From NCBI GenBank assembly GCA_016462645.1, contig JAEMSX010000001.1, positions 1,999 to 65,998 on the forward strand: 64,000 nucleotides of DNA. The letters are read 5' to 3'. A program made the position numbers and the translations under genes. Source of the stretch: Thermoleophilaceae bacterium (GTDB lineage Bacteria; Actinomycetota; Thermoleophilia; Solirubrobacterales; JACPNS01). A model generated the notes under the pieces. It was not told where the DNA came from, made no database searches, and saw only the letters and a list, made by a program, of their open reading frames with translations. The first letter of the stretch is position 1. Each line of letters begins with the position of its first letter. This document shows, piece after piece, positions 1-13,661 of the stretch.

Positions 1-381
1 CTCACCTGCGACGACCTGCACGGCCTCACCGCCGGCGGCTACAAGTGCGGCCAGGTCTGGGGCGTGCGCATCGAGGTCGCCGGCGTGAGCTTCTACCACC
101 AGGGCAGCGCCGACCTGCTCGACGACGAACTCCCGGCGCAGCCGGTCGACTACTTCCTCGCCGGAGTCGCCGGCCGCGAAGTCACGCCGAACTACTGGGA
201 GCGCGTGCTGAAGAAGCTCGATCCGAAATTCGTCGTCCCCACCCACTACGACAACTTCTTCAAGCCGCTCGGCACGCCCGAGGCGCTCGTGGCGCGCTCG
301 AAGCTCGCGCAGCTACCCGATGAGATCCACGCTGTCAGCCGGGACGCGACGATCGCCGCGCTCCGCAGAACGGACGCCTAG
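1..381 (+). CDS. MBL-fold metal-dependent hydrolase, C-terminal part (5' end outside window)
   Basis: Frame 1 is open from base 1 to TAG 379-381. The translation ..VVPTHYDNFFKPLG.. resembles the C-terminal half of UlaG/Lactamase_B_3-type hydrolases. GC3 is high. Family call from memory only. Confidence 0.5.
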   Translation, partial: LTCDDLHGLTAGGYKCGQVWGVRIEVAGVSFYHQGSADLLDDELPAQPVDYFLAGVAGREVTPNYWERVLKKLDPKFVVPTHYDNFFKPLGTPEALVARSKLAQLPDEIHAVSRDATIAALRRTDA

Positions 382-998
382 GAAGCGGCCTTCTGTGCGT
401 CGAGAATCTTCGACTGCTTGTACACGTGGAAGATGCGCTGCAGCATCGTGAACAGCGACATCACCGCGAGCACGTAGATCGCGCCCTTCAGGATCGCGAG
501 TTCGTGACCGTCGATCGTGATGTCGGCCAGGAAGAGTCCGGCTGAGATGATCACCACGCGCACGGCGCGTGACGCGATGCCGACCTTGCACTCGATGCCG
601 AGCGCCTCCGCGCGGGCGCGGGTGTAGGAGACCATGATCGACCCGGTCACCGCGAGCACGACCGCGGTCGCCGCCGCGGAGTCGCCGGCCTCGGCGAACT
701 GCCACGCGATCGCGGCGAGCACGATGCCTTCTTCAATACGGTCGAGCGAAGAATCGAGAAACGCGCCGAACAGCGTCGCCTTGCCGCTCATGCGCGAGTA
801 CTTGCCGTCGAGCAGGTCCATCGCCGAACCGATCGCGAACGCAAAGCCGGAAGCGATCCACCAGCCCTTGAAGATGAAGCCCACGGCGATCAGGTTGCCG
901 ATCAGGCCGATCATCGAGATGAAGTTCGGCGTCAGGCGCGATTCGATCAGACGGTTGCGCGCCGCGTCGGAGAGGATTGGTCGTGGAGGTGTGCTCAT
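378..998 (-). CDS. CDP-alcohol phosphatidyltransferase (PgsA / PI-phosphate synthase-like)
   Basis: 206 aa, multi-TM. The CDP-alcohol transferase motif is present as DLLDGKYSRMSGKATLFGAFLDSSLD. Its ATG (998-996) overlaps the upstream gene's TGA (1000-998), an ATGA junction. Confidence 0.85.
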   Translation of the reverse strand: MSTPPRPILSDAARNRLIESRLTPNFISMIGLIGNLIAVGFIFKGWWIASGFAFAIGSAMDLLDGKYSRMSGKATLFGAFLDSSLDRIEEGIVLAAIAWQFAEAGDSAAATAVVLAVTGSIMVSYTRARAEALGIECKVGIASRAVRVVIISAGLFLADITIDGHELAILKGAIYVLAVMSLFTMLQRIFHVYKQSKILDAQKAAS

Positions 999-2755
999 CA
1001 GATAGGTGGTGCTTCTTCTTCAGGTGTTCGGATCGGATCGCCGTTTTCGTCGGTCGTCCAGCCTTCAGCACATACGTATCCACCGCCGACGAGGCGACCG
1101 AGTGAGAAGTCCGAAGTGATCGAGACCACTGGCGGGACGGAAGATACTCCCCCGGCGTCCTTACTTCCGAGAGACGGCAGCACGACCTCGAGATAGCCGT
1201 CCTCGCTGCCACGCAGGCAGCCGTACGATGGGCGCAGGAAGCGCTGCCAACGGATCCGCGTCTCGGTGACGCCCCAGCGCTCGGGCTTGATCGAGAATCC
1301 CTTGGTCGGATCGTTGTCGCGGAAGTTCGGTTCCGAGCTCGAGGAATCCGGCAACGTGACCTTGTAGATCTCCCAGTTCTTGAAGTTCGCGGTGCGATCG
1401 AGATACGGCAGACCGCCACGGATCAGTTCCGCTTCGTCGCGTCCCGAGTAGTCGAGCGTCGCCGACTTCGGCAGCGCCACCCAGCGCACGTCATTGTCGA
1501 TCAGCCAACGTGCGTACGTGCGCGGGTTGAGGCTCCCGTCGTAGAAGACCGCGTTGTACTTGGTGTCGAGCTGGCGCTCCCAGCCGCGCGCGATCGGACG
1601 CCGGTTGGCGACGTATGCCGCCTCGAAGTGATTGCGCGTGAAGACGATCTCGACCTTCTCGTCACGCTTGGCGTTGTGGGCGTCAAGGAAACGGTTGACC
1701 GGCGCGAAGTAGTGCGGATCCGAGGTGTCGTCGGTCGTGATGACGGCCCAGAACGCAGTCGCGCCCTGCCAGCAGAGCAGCGGCACGATTACCGCAAGCG
1801 CATACCTGCCCGAGCGCGGCCAGAGCACCGCGGCGGCGATCGTCGGGAAGAGCACCATGCCCAGGCGGATCGCGTTGCCGCCGACCGGCGAGGCAATCAC
1901 CTCGTTCATAGTGAGGAACGCGGCGTAGAGCCCGACGCCGGTTCCGAGCATCCGCCGGGCGTCGCCGGAGAGCTCGTCGCGCACCATCACCCAGAAGAAC
2001 CCGGTGATGGCGAGCGCGCCGACGTAGGACGCGAACGCGAACGGCTGCGATCCCCCTTCAGGAAACAGGAATGACACGATCATCGCCGGCATGACCGTCG
2101 CGACGGCGACGGCGAGGTACGCGTGATTCGGCGACTTCCAGATCGCGCGGACCGCGTGCCGCGTCGTGCGAAGCGTCTCCCACGGATGGCCGCCGAGCCA
2201 GACGGTGAAGGCGACGAACGAGATGAACAACGCCGCGAGCGGGCTTGTCAGCGCGCAGTTGATCGCGAGAAACGCGGCGATCCAGCTGCGACCGTGAGCG
2301 GCGGCGATCAGCGCGCCGAGCCCGATCGCCATCGACAGCGCGTAGGGCAGCTGGCCGATCACGAGCGTCGCGCTGAAGACGACCGAGAAGACGTACGACG
2401 CTGCCTTCGCGCCGCGCGGTGGGAAGACCTCACGAGCGAGGATCGAGAACATCAGTACGCCGAGCACATACGAGAGCGCACCGGCCAGGCGAACGCCGAT
2501 CGTCGCCGACAGGGTCGGGAAGATCACCCCGTAGGAAACCACGTAGTGCCCGCCGTACCAGTTGTAGTTCCAGACGAAGAAACCGTCGTCCTTGACCAGT
2601 TCTGCCCGGTAGAGATGCGCGGCCAGGTCGCCGCCGCGCAGGTCGAGGATGAAATACAGCGCGCTCAGGCCAAGTGCGAGAAGTAGTGGGCCGACATGCG
2701 GCCGCAGAAGATTCTTGATGCGTTCGGACATCGCCCTACGCGACTGATTCGACAT
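998..2755 (-). CDS. polytopic membrane protein with C-terminal extracytoplasmic domain (GT-C glycosyltransferase-like, function uncertain)
   Basis: 585 aa. Many hydrophobic segments fill the first ~370 aa, followed by a ~200-aa soluble domain (..RGWERQLDTKYNAVFYDG..VRWVALP..). An alternative ATG at 2731 would remove the 20-nt overlap with the upstream hydrolase gene. The functional call rests on architecture only. Confidence 0.4.
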   Translation of the reverse strand: MSNQSRRAMSERIKNLLRPHVGPLLLALGLSALYFILDLRGGDLAAHLYRAELVKDDGFFVWNYNWYGGHYVVSYGVIFPTLSATIGVRLAGALSYVLGVLMFSILAREVFPPRGAKAASYVFSVVFSATLVIGQLPYALSMAIGLGALIAAAHGRSWIAAFLAINCALTSPLAALFISFVAFTVWLGGHPWETLRTTRHAVRAIWKSPNHAYLAVAVATVMPAMIVSFLFPEGGSQPFAFASYVGALAITGFFWVMVRDELSGDARRMLGTGVGLYAAFLTMNEVIASPVGGNAIRLGMVLFPTIAAAVLWPRSGRYALAVIVPLLCWQGATAFWAVITTDDTSDPHYFAPVNRFLDAHNAKRDEKVEIVFTRNHFEAAYVANRRPIARGWERQLDTKYNAVFYDGSLNPRTYARWLIDNDVRWVALPKSATLDYSGRDEAELIRGGLPYLDRTANFKNWEIYKVTLPDSSSSEPNFRDNDPTKGFSIKPERWGVTETRIRWQRFLRPSYGCLRGSEDGYLEVVLPSLGSKDAGGVSSVPPVVSITSDFSLGRLVGGGYVCAEGWTTDENGDPIRTPEEEAPPI

Positions 2756-3584
2756 CGGCCAGGAAGTTCGCCGTCATGTCGATGATGTCGGGTCGGTCAA
2801 GCCAGGGCCAGTGACCGGCGTCCGGCAGCAACTCAAGGCGCGCGTTCGGGATCGTCTCCGAGTAGAGCGCGCCGAAGCGGGTGGGGATGTAGGGATCCTG
2901 CTCCCCCCAGATCACGAGCGTCGGCGCAGTCAGCAACGAGAAGCGCTCGCCGGCCTCCTCGAGCACCTTCGACGGCGCCGAGCGATAGAGCTTGAGGATC
3001 GCGCGCTGCGTGCCGTGATCGAAGTTCTCCCAGATCGAATCGATCATCTCGGGGGGCAGCTCCTGCCCGTTCGGCCGGGCCTCGCGACTGAGCCTGCGAG
3101 CGATCGACCTGGTCGTGAATCCCATCGCGAGCTCACCGAGCAACGGCGTGCGCCAGACGCGCGCGAGGCGGTGCCACTTGTATCCGGGAAGCAGCGGGAC
3201 GGCATTGATGATCACCACGCGATTGACCCGGTCGTGCAGCTCCTGGGCCGTGACCAGTGCCAGCCCGCCCCAGTCCTCAACCACGAGATTGAAGCGATCC
3301 CAGCCCAACTGCGCGATGAAGGCCTGAAGAAACGCGTTGTAGGCACCGATCGAGCCGTCGAAGTGCATCGGCTTCTCGCTGCGACCGAAACCGGGAAGGT
3401 CGAGCGCGACGCCGCCGGTCTTCTCGAGGAACGGGCTCCACTCGTCGGAGTTGGTCGGGACGCCGTGCACGAAGAGGGTCGGGACGCCCGATGCGGGTTC
3501 GGCAGAACGCCAGAACGTTTCCATTCCGGCGATCTTCTCGTGGTGCTCTGTGACTTCGAGCGAGGACTGAGTGGACTGCTCCAT
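2736..3584 (-). CDS. alpha/beta-fold hydrolase (haloalkane dehalogenase-like)
   Basis: 282 aa. Motifs read: ..LFVHGVPTNSDEW.., nucleophile-elbow-like ..VVEDWGG.., C-terminal ..PDAGHWPW... Typical length for the fold. Confidence 0.75.
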   Translation of the reverse strand: MEQSTQSSLEVTEHHEKIAGMETFWRSAEPASGVPTLFVHGVPTNSDEWSPFLEKTGGVALDLPGFGRSEKPMHFDGSIGAYNAFLQAFIAQLGWDRFNLVVEDWGGLALVTAQELHDRVNRVVIINAVPLLPGYKWHRLARVWRTPLLGELAMGFTTRSIARRLSREARPNGQELPPEMIDSIWENFDHGTQRAILKLYRSAPSKVLEEAGERFSLLTAPTLVIWGEQDPYIPTRFGALYSETIPNARLELLPDAGHWPWLDRPDIIDMTANFLADVESVA

Positions 3585-3607
3585 CGCTCGGAGGATAGTT
3601 TTGCGCG

Positions 3608-4339
3608 ATGGCCCGCACGCCGATCGAACTTCCGGACAAGCGCCGCCTGGCCGCGATCCGCAGACGGCTCCGGGCCCACTACGGCATCCCGGTCCCCAAG
3701 CCGCACCACGATCCGGTCGGCGAACTGGTGCTGACGCTGCTCAGCCAGAACACGAACGACCGCAACCGCGACGTCGCCTACATGCGCGTCGAGGAACGCT
3801 GGGACACCTGGGAGGCAGTGCGCGCCGCGCCGGTGGAAGAGATCGAAGCGGCGATCGCGCCGGGCGGGATCAGCGTCGTCAAGTCCAGGCGCATGAAGCA
3901 GATCCTCGATCGCGTGGCGACCGATCCTCTGCCCGAGGGCGCGGATCCGGACGGTCAGTGGGAGCGCGCGCGCGAGATCGACCTCGACTGGATGCTCCAC
4001 ACCCCGCTCGAGGTCTCACGCGACTATCTCTGCACCCTCCCGGGGGTGGCGCGCAAGACGGCGGCCTGCGTGCTGCTGTTTGCCTACGGTCTGCCCGACA
4101 TCCCTGTCGACACCCACGTCGGCCGCGTCGGCACGCGCCTCGGCCTGTTCCGCGAGAAGGCGTCATTCGAGGAGATGCACGACGCGATCGCCGCCTGGAC
4201 TCCGGCGGAACTCGCGCACGAGGAGCACGTCAATCTGATCCGGCATGGCAGGAACACGTGCCACAAGCGGGCGCCGGACTGCCCGGCGTGCCCGCTTGAT
4301 TCGATCTGCCCGAAGGTCGGCGTCACTTCTTCTTCTTGA
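3608..4339 (+). CDS. nth: endonuclease III family DNA glycosylase/lyase (HhH-GPD with 4Fe-4S loop)
   Basis: 243 aa. HhH-GPD region ..LPGVARKTAACVLLFAYG..VDTHVGRVGTRLGL... C-terminal Cys ladder C-x6-C-x2-C-x5-C present as CHKRAPDCPACPLDSIC. Confidence 0.8.
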   Translation: MARTPIELPDKRRLAAIRRRLRAHYGIPVPKPHHDPVGELVLTLLSQNTNDRNRDVAYMRVEERWDTWEAVRAAPVEEIEAAIAPGGISVVKSRRMKQILDRVATDPLPEGADPDGQWERAREIDLDWMLHTPLEVSRDYLCTLPGVARKTAACVLLFAYGLPDIPVDTHVGRVGTRLGLFREKASFEEMHDAIAAWTPAELAHEEHVNLIRHGRNTCHKRAPDCPACPLDSICPKVGVTSSS

Positions 4340-5957
4340 AATCCTTCAGCGCGTAGTCGCCAGTCTCGAACTTGCTTTGCACCGCGTTGCCAAAGCCGAC
4401 CGCGCGGATCATCAGCTTGCGCTTCTTACCGGCGAACTTGGAGAGCGGCATCGTCTGCACGAAGTCGGCCTTGCAGTAGTCGCCCGAGCGACGCAGCCTG
4501 CTCTTGGTGCGCACACCGATCTTCCGGTACTCGATGCCGTTGGCGACACCGACGGACGACTTCTTGCCGACGCGCTTGTAATAGAAAGCGTCGGCCGCGA
4601 CAACTCCCTTGCATGCCGGCTCCGGGAAGACGAACGAGGACGGCTCGACTTTCAATACGGATCTGATCCGCCAGGCAGTGCCGGTCTTGTTCAGGCGCAG
4701 CCGCGAGGTCGGCTCCAGGTACGCCCAGTTCGGATACTGCGGCTTGGTCACGAGCTCAAGGCCGGCGACCTGGGTGGGCGATCCGCCGGCGCCCCAGCAG
4801 AATGAGTCGCCGCCGCGGACGATCGCGCACTGGCTGGCGGCGCTCGATCCGCTCGAGAGGCTGGCGACATCCGAAAGCGGAACGATACGCGGAGATCCAC
4901 TCGCTGTCAGTTCGCCCCAGCACTGCAGGGCACTGTCCTTGCTGACCTTCGAGTTGTTGGCGGCGGTGACGGTGCGTGCGGTCGCGCATCCGGAATTGGC
5001 GTTGCCGCCGAGCGTCTTCACATCAGTCAGTCCGGCAACGTTGCTGACTCCGCGCGGAACGGTCTCACCGACCGTGCCCTGCGCGAGCTGACCCAGAAGG
5101 TTGTCGCCCCAGCAACGCAGGGCGAACTCGCCCCAACCGAGCGAGCACACGTGATTCGCGCCGGCGACGAGGTTGTACGAGTCCTTCAGCTCCGGTACGT
5201 CAACCGGCGTGCCGCTTGAAGCGCCGACGGCTCCCGAGCCCAGCTGGCCCTTATCGTTGGCGCCCCAACACTTCACCTTCGTCGACTCAAGATTCGCGCA
5301 GGTGAAGCTCGCGCCCGCCGTCAGTGACTTGAGCTTCTTCACGCCGGACACCACAACCGGAGCAGTCGAAACACCTCCGACGGTTCCGTTTCCGACCTGC
5401 CCCTGGGCGTTCGAGCCCCAGCAGCTGAGGTCACCGTTCCAGGCCGCGGCGCAGAAGTGGTTCGCGCCTGCCGCCAGGAGGTAGAAGTCCTTGCTCCCCG
5501 GGATCTGCGTCGGGGTCGAGTGCGGCGTCGCATCGGCCGTGCCGAGGCCGAGCTCGCCGAATGCGTTCGATCCCCAGCACCAGATGCTGCTGTCAACGCT
5601 GATCACGCACGTGGCGGTGGCCGACGCGGCGATCGTGGATGCCCGCTCCAGCGTCGCAGGCTTTGGCGTCTCGCCGCTGTTGTTCGCGGCCGTCAGCCGC
5701 AGCGCCTTCGCCGGGGTCCCGGACGGCGCAGTCCCGCCGTTGCCGAGCTGGCCAGCGGCGTTCTCGCCCCAGCACTTGACCGACCCGTTGTCGGCCAGGG
5801 CGCAGGTGTGCGCGCCGCCGGTCGCGATCTTCGGAGTCGCCGCGCCGCCGTTGGCGAACGCGGAGGATTCAAACACGAACAACGCGGTGAAGGCCGTGAG
5901 CACGGCGAGAAGGAGGCGTGGCGCGACCGCGTGGAGCGCCGGAGCGAAGTGAGTCAT
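4323..5957 (-). CDS. secreted RCC1-repeat (beta-propeller) protein with basic C-terminal domain
   Basis: 544 aa. N-terminal signal-like segment LLLAVLTAFTALFVFESSAFA. Repeated ..H(T/F)CA....V.CWG.N..GQLG.G.. units (e.g. CWGENAAGQLGNGG, CWGSNAFGELGLG, CWGSNAQGQVGNG, CWGANDKGQLGSG). The last ~150 aa are Lys/Arg-rich and lack repeats. Confidence 0.8.
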   Translation of the reverse strand: MTHFAPALHAVAPRLLLAVLTAFTALFVFESSAFANGGAATPKIATGGAHTCALADNGSVKCWGENAAGQLGNGGTAPSGTPAKALRLTAANNSGETPKPATLERASTIAASATATCVISVDSSIWCWGSNAFGELGLGTADATPHSTPTQIPGSKDFYLLAAGANHFCAAAWNGDLSCWGSNAQGQVGNGTVGGVSTAPVVVSGVKKLKSLTAGASFTCANLESTKVKCWGANDKGQLGSGAVGASSGTPVDVPELKDSYNLVAGANHVCSLGWGEFALRCWGDNLLGQLAQGTVGETVPRGVSNVAGLTDVKTLGGNANSGCATARTVTAANNSKVSKDSALQCWGELTASGSPRIVPLSDVASLSSGSSAASQCAIVRGGDSFCWGAGGSPTQVAGLELVTKPQYPNWAYLEPTSRLRLNKTGTAWRIRSVLKVEPSSFVFPEPACKGVVAADAFYYKRVGKKSSVGVANGIEYRKIGVRTKSRLRRSGDYCKADFVQTMPLSKFAGKKRKLMIRAVGFGNAVQSKFETGDYALKDFKKKK

Positions 5958-6040
5958 CTTCCAGTTTTCGGCAGATACAAACGAATCCTTTTGAACGTTT
6001 GGCCAGCTTTCAGCGCTTCACAGATCTATAACAACCACAC

Positions 6041-6069
6041 TTAGATTTTCTACATACATGTCGTACAAT
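6041..6069 (+). promoter_or_regulatory. candidate sigma-70-type promoter of the dnaK operon
   Basis: TTAGAT (6041-6046), 17 nt spacer, TACAAT (6064-6069). It lies in a conspicuously AT-rich ~160-bp gap, ~48 nt upstream of the dnaK ATG. Confidence 0.35.
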
Positions 6070-6116
6070 GTGTCCATCTACTTATAAATCCCCACCCCTG
6101 GGAGCAGTTCAGAAAC

Positions 6117-8015
<1,899 letters not shown>

Positions 8016-8065
8016 AAAGGTGCAAATTCCGGCACTTTTGACGAGCTAAGTGACTAAGGCCACAT

Positions 8066-8719
8066 ATGACCGACACAAATGACATAATTCGAGACGGAAC
8101 CGACGGCTCTGGGGAAGAGCCCGCAGGACGCGGGTCCCCTCTTGGCCGCACCACATCTGACCCGGCGGAAGCCGAGACCGTTTCCGGGTCGCAGGGATCA
8201 CCATCGCCTGGCTCTTCGGAGCCGGGCGATGGCCCTATTTCCGATGCCGAAGTGATCGAGGAAGAGCTCGACGAGCTTGCTCAGACTGCCCTTGAGCGCG
8301 ACGAGTACAAGGACCTCGCGCTGCGCGCGAAGGCCGACTTCGAGAACTACCGCAAGCGCGCCGACAAGCGCGTGGCCGAAACACGCGGCGTCGCGATCGC
8401 CGGTGTGATCCGCGAGCTGCTGCCCGTGGTCGACAACCTCGACCGCGCGGTCGAAGCTGCCGGCACGGCCGCCGACGGCGATGCATTCGCCGAAGGCGTT
8501 CGCCTGGTTCACGCGGACCTCCACTCAGTGCTCGACCGGCTCGGCCTCACCCAGCAGGACCCGACGGGTGAGCAGTTCGACCCGAACTTCCACCAGGCGA
8601 TCTCGCAGGCTCCGGCCTCTGAGGCGCAGCCCGCGGGCACGATCATCGAGACCGTGCAGAAGGGCTTCCTGCTCGGCGAAGTAGTCGTGCGTCCCGCCAG
8701 CGTCGTGGTTTCGGCGTAA
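8066..8719 (+). CDS. grpE: nucleotide exchange factor GrpE
   Basis: 217 aa. RAKADFENYRKR motif and position between dnaK and dnaJ. Confidence 0.9.
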   Translation: MTDTNDIIRDGTDGSGEEPAGRGSPLGRTTSDPAEAETVSGSQGSPSPGSSEPGDGPISDAEVIEEELDELAQTALERDEYKDLALRAKADFENYRKRADKRVAETRGVAIAGVIRELLPVVDNLDRAVEAAGTAADGDAFAEGVRLVHADLHSVLDRLGLTQQDPTGEQFDPNFHQAISQAPASEAQPAGTIIETVQKGFLLGEVVVRPASVVVSA

Positions 8720-8728
8720 GGGGCGACT

Positions 8729-9847
8729 GTGCCAGTGACTGATCCATACAAAGTGCTCGGCGTCGCAAAGAACGCCAGCGAGGGCGAGATCAAGAAGGCC
8801 TATCGCTCGCTCGCGCGCAAGTGGCACCCGGATCAGAACGCCGGCAACGAGCAGGCCGAGGAGAAGTTCAAGGAGGTCCAGGAGGCCTACGACATCGTCG
8901 GCGACCCGAAGAAGCGCAAGGAGTTCGACCGCGGCGGATTGAACATCCCGTTCACCGGTGGCGGCAATCCCTTCGGCGGGGCGAATCCATTCGGCGGTGG
9001 CGGCGTCAAGTTCGAGAACATCGGCGACATCTTCGGCGGCGTGAGCGGAATGTTCGGCGGCCGCGGAGGCGGGCGTCAGCGCGTGGAGCGCGGGCGCGAC
9101 CTCGAGGCCAACGTGGCGATCGGGTTCGACCAGTCGATCAACGGAACCGAAGTTTCAGTCTCGGTCCCGCGCCGCGAGACCTGCGACACCTGTCACGGCA
9201 ACGGAGCAGCTCCGGGCACCAGCCCGAAGACCTGCCCCCGCTGCCAGGGCACCGGCGTCGAGTCGGTCGGCCAGGGCATGTTCTCGATGAGTCAGCCCTG
9301 CAGCCAGTGCCACGGCAAGGGCCAGATCGTTGACTCGCCGTGCAAGACCTGCCGCGGTGAAGGCACCGTCGTCAAGACGCGCAAGTACCGCGTGAAGATT
9401 CCGGCAGGCGTCCGCGATGGCGCGCGTATTCGCGTCGCCGGCAAGGGCGAGACCGGTGAGAACGGTGGGGCCGCTGGCGATCTGTTCGTGGTTGTGAACG
9501 TCAGCGACTCCCCCGTGTTCGCGCGCAAGGGCGAGCACCTCGAAGTCAAGGTGCCCGTCACCGTGACCGAGGCGATCCGCGGCGCGACGATCGAGGTCCC
9601 GACGCTGAACGGCATCAAGCAGATCAAGGTTCCGGCCGGCACCAAGCCCGGGACGGTCATCCGCCTGAAGGGCGAAGGCCCGGCGCACTCCAAGGGCAGC
9701 GGCCACGGCGACCTGCGCTACCGCATCGAGGTCGAGATCCCCAACGCCAATGAGCTTTCCAAGGAACAACAGGACGCGGTCGATGACCTCGCGAGCGTCC
9801 TGACCAACAACCCCCGCGAAGACCTGCTCGCGCGCTCGGCGAGGTGA
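8729..9847 (+). CDS. dnaJ: molecular chaperone DnaJ (Hsp40)
   Basis: 372 aa with a GTG start. J-domain YRSLARKWHPDQN, Gly-rich linker, and four CxxCxGxG zinc motifs (CDTCHGNG, CPRCQGTG, CSQCHGKG, CKTCRGEG). Confidence 0.95.
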   Translation: MPVTDPYKVLGVAKNASEGEIKKAYRSLARKWHPDQNAGNEQAEEKFKEVQEAYDIVGDPKKRKEFDRGGLNIPFTGGGNPFGGANPFGGGGVKFENIGDIFGGVSGMFGGRGGGRQRVERGRDLEANVAIGFDQSINGTEVSVSVPRRETCDTCHGNGAAPGTSPKTCPRCQGTGVESVGQGMFSMSQPCSQCHGKGQIVDSPCKTCRGEGTVVKTRKYRVKIPAGVRDGARIRVAGKGETGENGGAAGDLFVVVNVSDSPVFARKGEHLEVKVPVTVTEAIRGATIEVPTLNGIKQIKVPAGTKPGTVIRLKGEGPAHSKGSGHGDLRYRIEVEIPNANELSKEQQDAVDDLASVLTNNPREDLLARSAR

Positions 9848-10275
9848 TGATCATGGGCGAGCAGAAACAGGGGCTCTACATGATCTCGGTCGCGGCGTCG
9901 CTCGCCGGCGTTCATCCGCAGACCCTGCGGATCTACGAAGAGCGTCACCTGATCCAGCCGACGCGCACGCCCAAAGGCACGCGCCTCTACAGCGATGAGA
10001 ACGTCGAGACCCTCCGACGCATCCAGGAGCTGACCGACGAGGGCATGAACCTCGCCGGCGTCCAGCGCGTCTTCGAGATGGAGGCGCGAATCGCGCGCAT
10101 GGGACGCCGGATCGCTTCGCTTGAGCGTCAGCTCAAACAGACCCGCGCCGACGCGCTCGCCGAGATCGACCGCATCCGCCGCGCCGGTCGAGCAGAAATC
10201 GTCCGCTACCAGCCACCCCAGCCCACCCGAATTCCAGTGCAACGACCCGCAGAGAACGAAGAGAAGGAGGCCTGA
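9844..10275 (+). CDS. hspR: MerR-family heat-shock repressor HspR
   Basis: 143 aa. Mer[41 protein letters not shown]. Canonical position after dnaJ. Its GTG start overlaps the dnaJ TGA (GTGA). Confidence 0.8.
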   Translation: MMIMGEQKQGLYMISVAASLAGVHPQTLRIYEERHLIQPTRTPKGTRLYSDENVETLRRIQELTDEGMNLAGVQRVFEMEARIARMGRRIASLERQLKQTRADALAEIDRIRRAGRAEIVRYQPPQPTRIPVQRPAENEEKEA

Positions 10276-10279
10276 CCAG

Positions 10280-12919
<2,640 letters not shown>

Positions 12920-12933
12920 ACAAGCCTTTCCCA

Positions 12934-12968
12934 CTCCTTACTCCCGTCGATTCGACGGGAGTAAGGAG
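12934..12968 (+). terminator. perfect 16-bp hairpin after clpB (terminator or REP-like element)
   Basis: CTCCTTACTCCCGTCG-ATT-CGACGGGAGTAAGGAG, 15 nt after the clpB stop. No U-tract follows. Confidence 0.5.
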
Positions 12969-13046
12969 CAAAACTGGCTCTGAGCTGGCTCAAAGGATTT
13001 GCATTCATGTCTTGAACTGCAACTCGCGACTGAGTTGCATGGAGTC

Positions 13047-13661
13047 ATGGCCTACAAGTACTCACGGGATCGCCGCGAACTCGGCGCCTACCACGTCTAC
13101 AACCGTGCGATCGACGGGACGCGCCTCTTCGGAGACGATGAAGATCGACGGGTCTTCGCCGGGATGACTCAACGACATCTCACCGCAGTGCCGGAGAAGG
13201 ATCGGCGCGGGAGGCCCTACAGGTCCCTACGAGACGAGGTCAGGATGAACGCGCGCTGCCTCCTCACATCGCTCTTTCACCTTGTCCTGTGGCAAAGAGT
13301 CGCTGGCGGCATCGATCGACTGATGCGACGCGTCCTCGGGGCGTACGTGAGGTATTTCCACAAGAAGTACGGCGGGTCCGGTCCGATGTTCGCCGGCGAG
13401 TTTCGTGCCCGTCGGATCGACGGTCCGAACAGCTTCAAGTGGCGGATCGGCTACGTGCACGACAACCACGAGCGGCTCGGACTCGACTACGAGTTCTCGA
13501 CACACGGTCTGTACCTCTCGCCGAATGAGGCGCCGACCTGGCTTGACGTCGGATCGACGCTGAAGATCTTCGGGGGTCTTCCGGCCTACCTGGACTACAT
13601 GAAACAGCGAGCCGAGCGCGCACGACTGGACCAGGAACTTCGACGGGATCAGCGTTTGTGA
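13047..13661 (+). CDS. Y1 (IS200/RAYT-like, COG1943-type) transposase homologue with degenerate HUH motif
   Basis: 204 aa from the ATG at 13047. It aligns by eye to REP-associated tyrosine transposase-like proteins: YHVYNRAIDGTRLFGDDEDRRVF .. ARCLLTSLFHLVLWQ .. GPMFAGEFRA .. GYVHDNHERLGL. No terminal inverted repeats or second IS gene were seen. Confidence 0.5.
   Translation: MAYKYSRDRRELGAYHVYNRAIDGTRLFGDDEDRRVFAGMTQRHLTAVPEKDRRGRPYRSLRDEVRMNARCLLTSLFHLVLWQRVAGGIDRLMRRVLGAYVRYFHKKYGGSGPMFAGEFRARRIDGPNSFKWRIGYVHDNHERLGLDYEFSTHGLYLSPNEAPTWLDVGSTLKIFGGLPAYLDYMKQRAERARLDQELRRDQRL

Noticed and set aside
10121-10279. N-terminal 53-aa extension of the ClpB ORF
   Set aside because: It overlaps the hspR 3' end in another frame and is Pro/Ser/Arg-rich. 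The canonical ClpB N-terminus ([18 protein letters not shown]) starts at the ATG at 10280.
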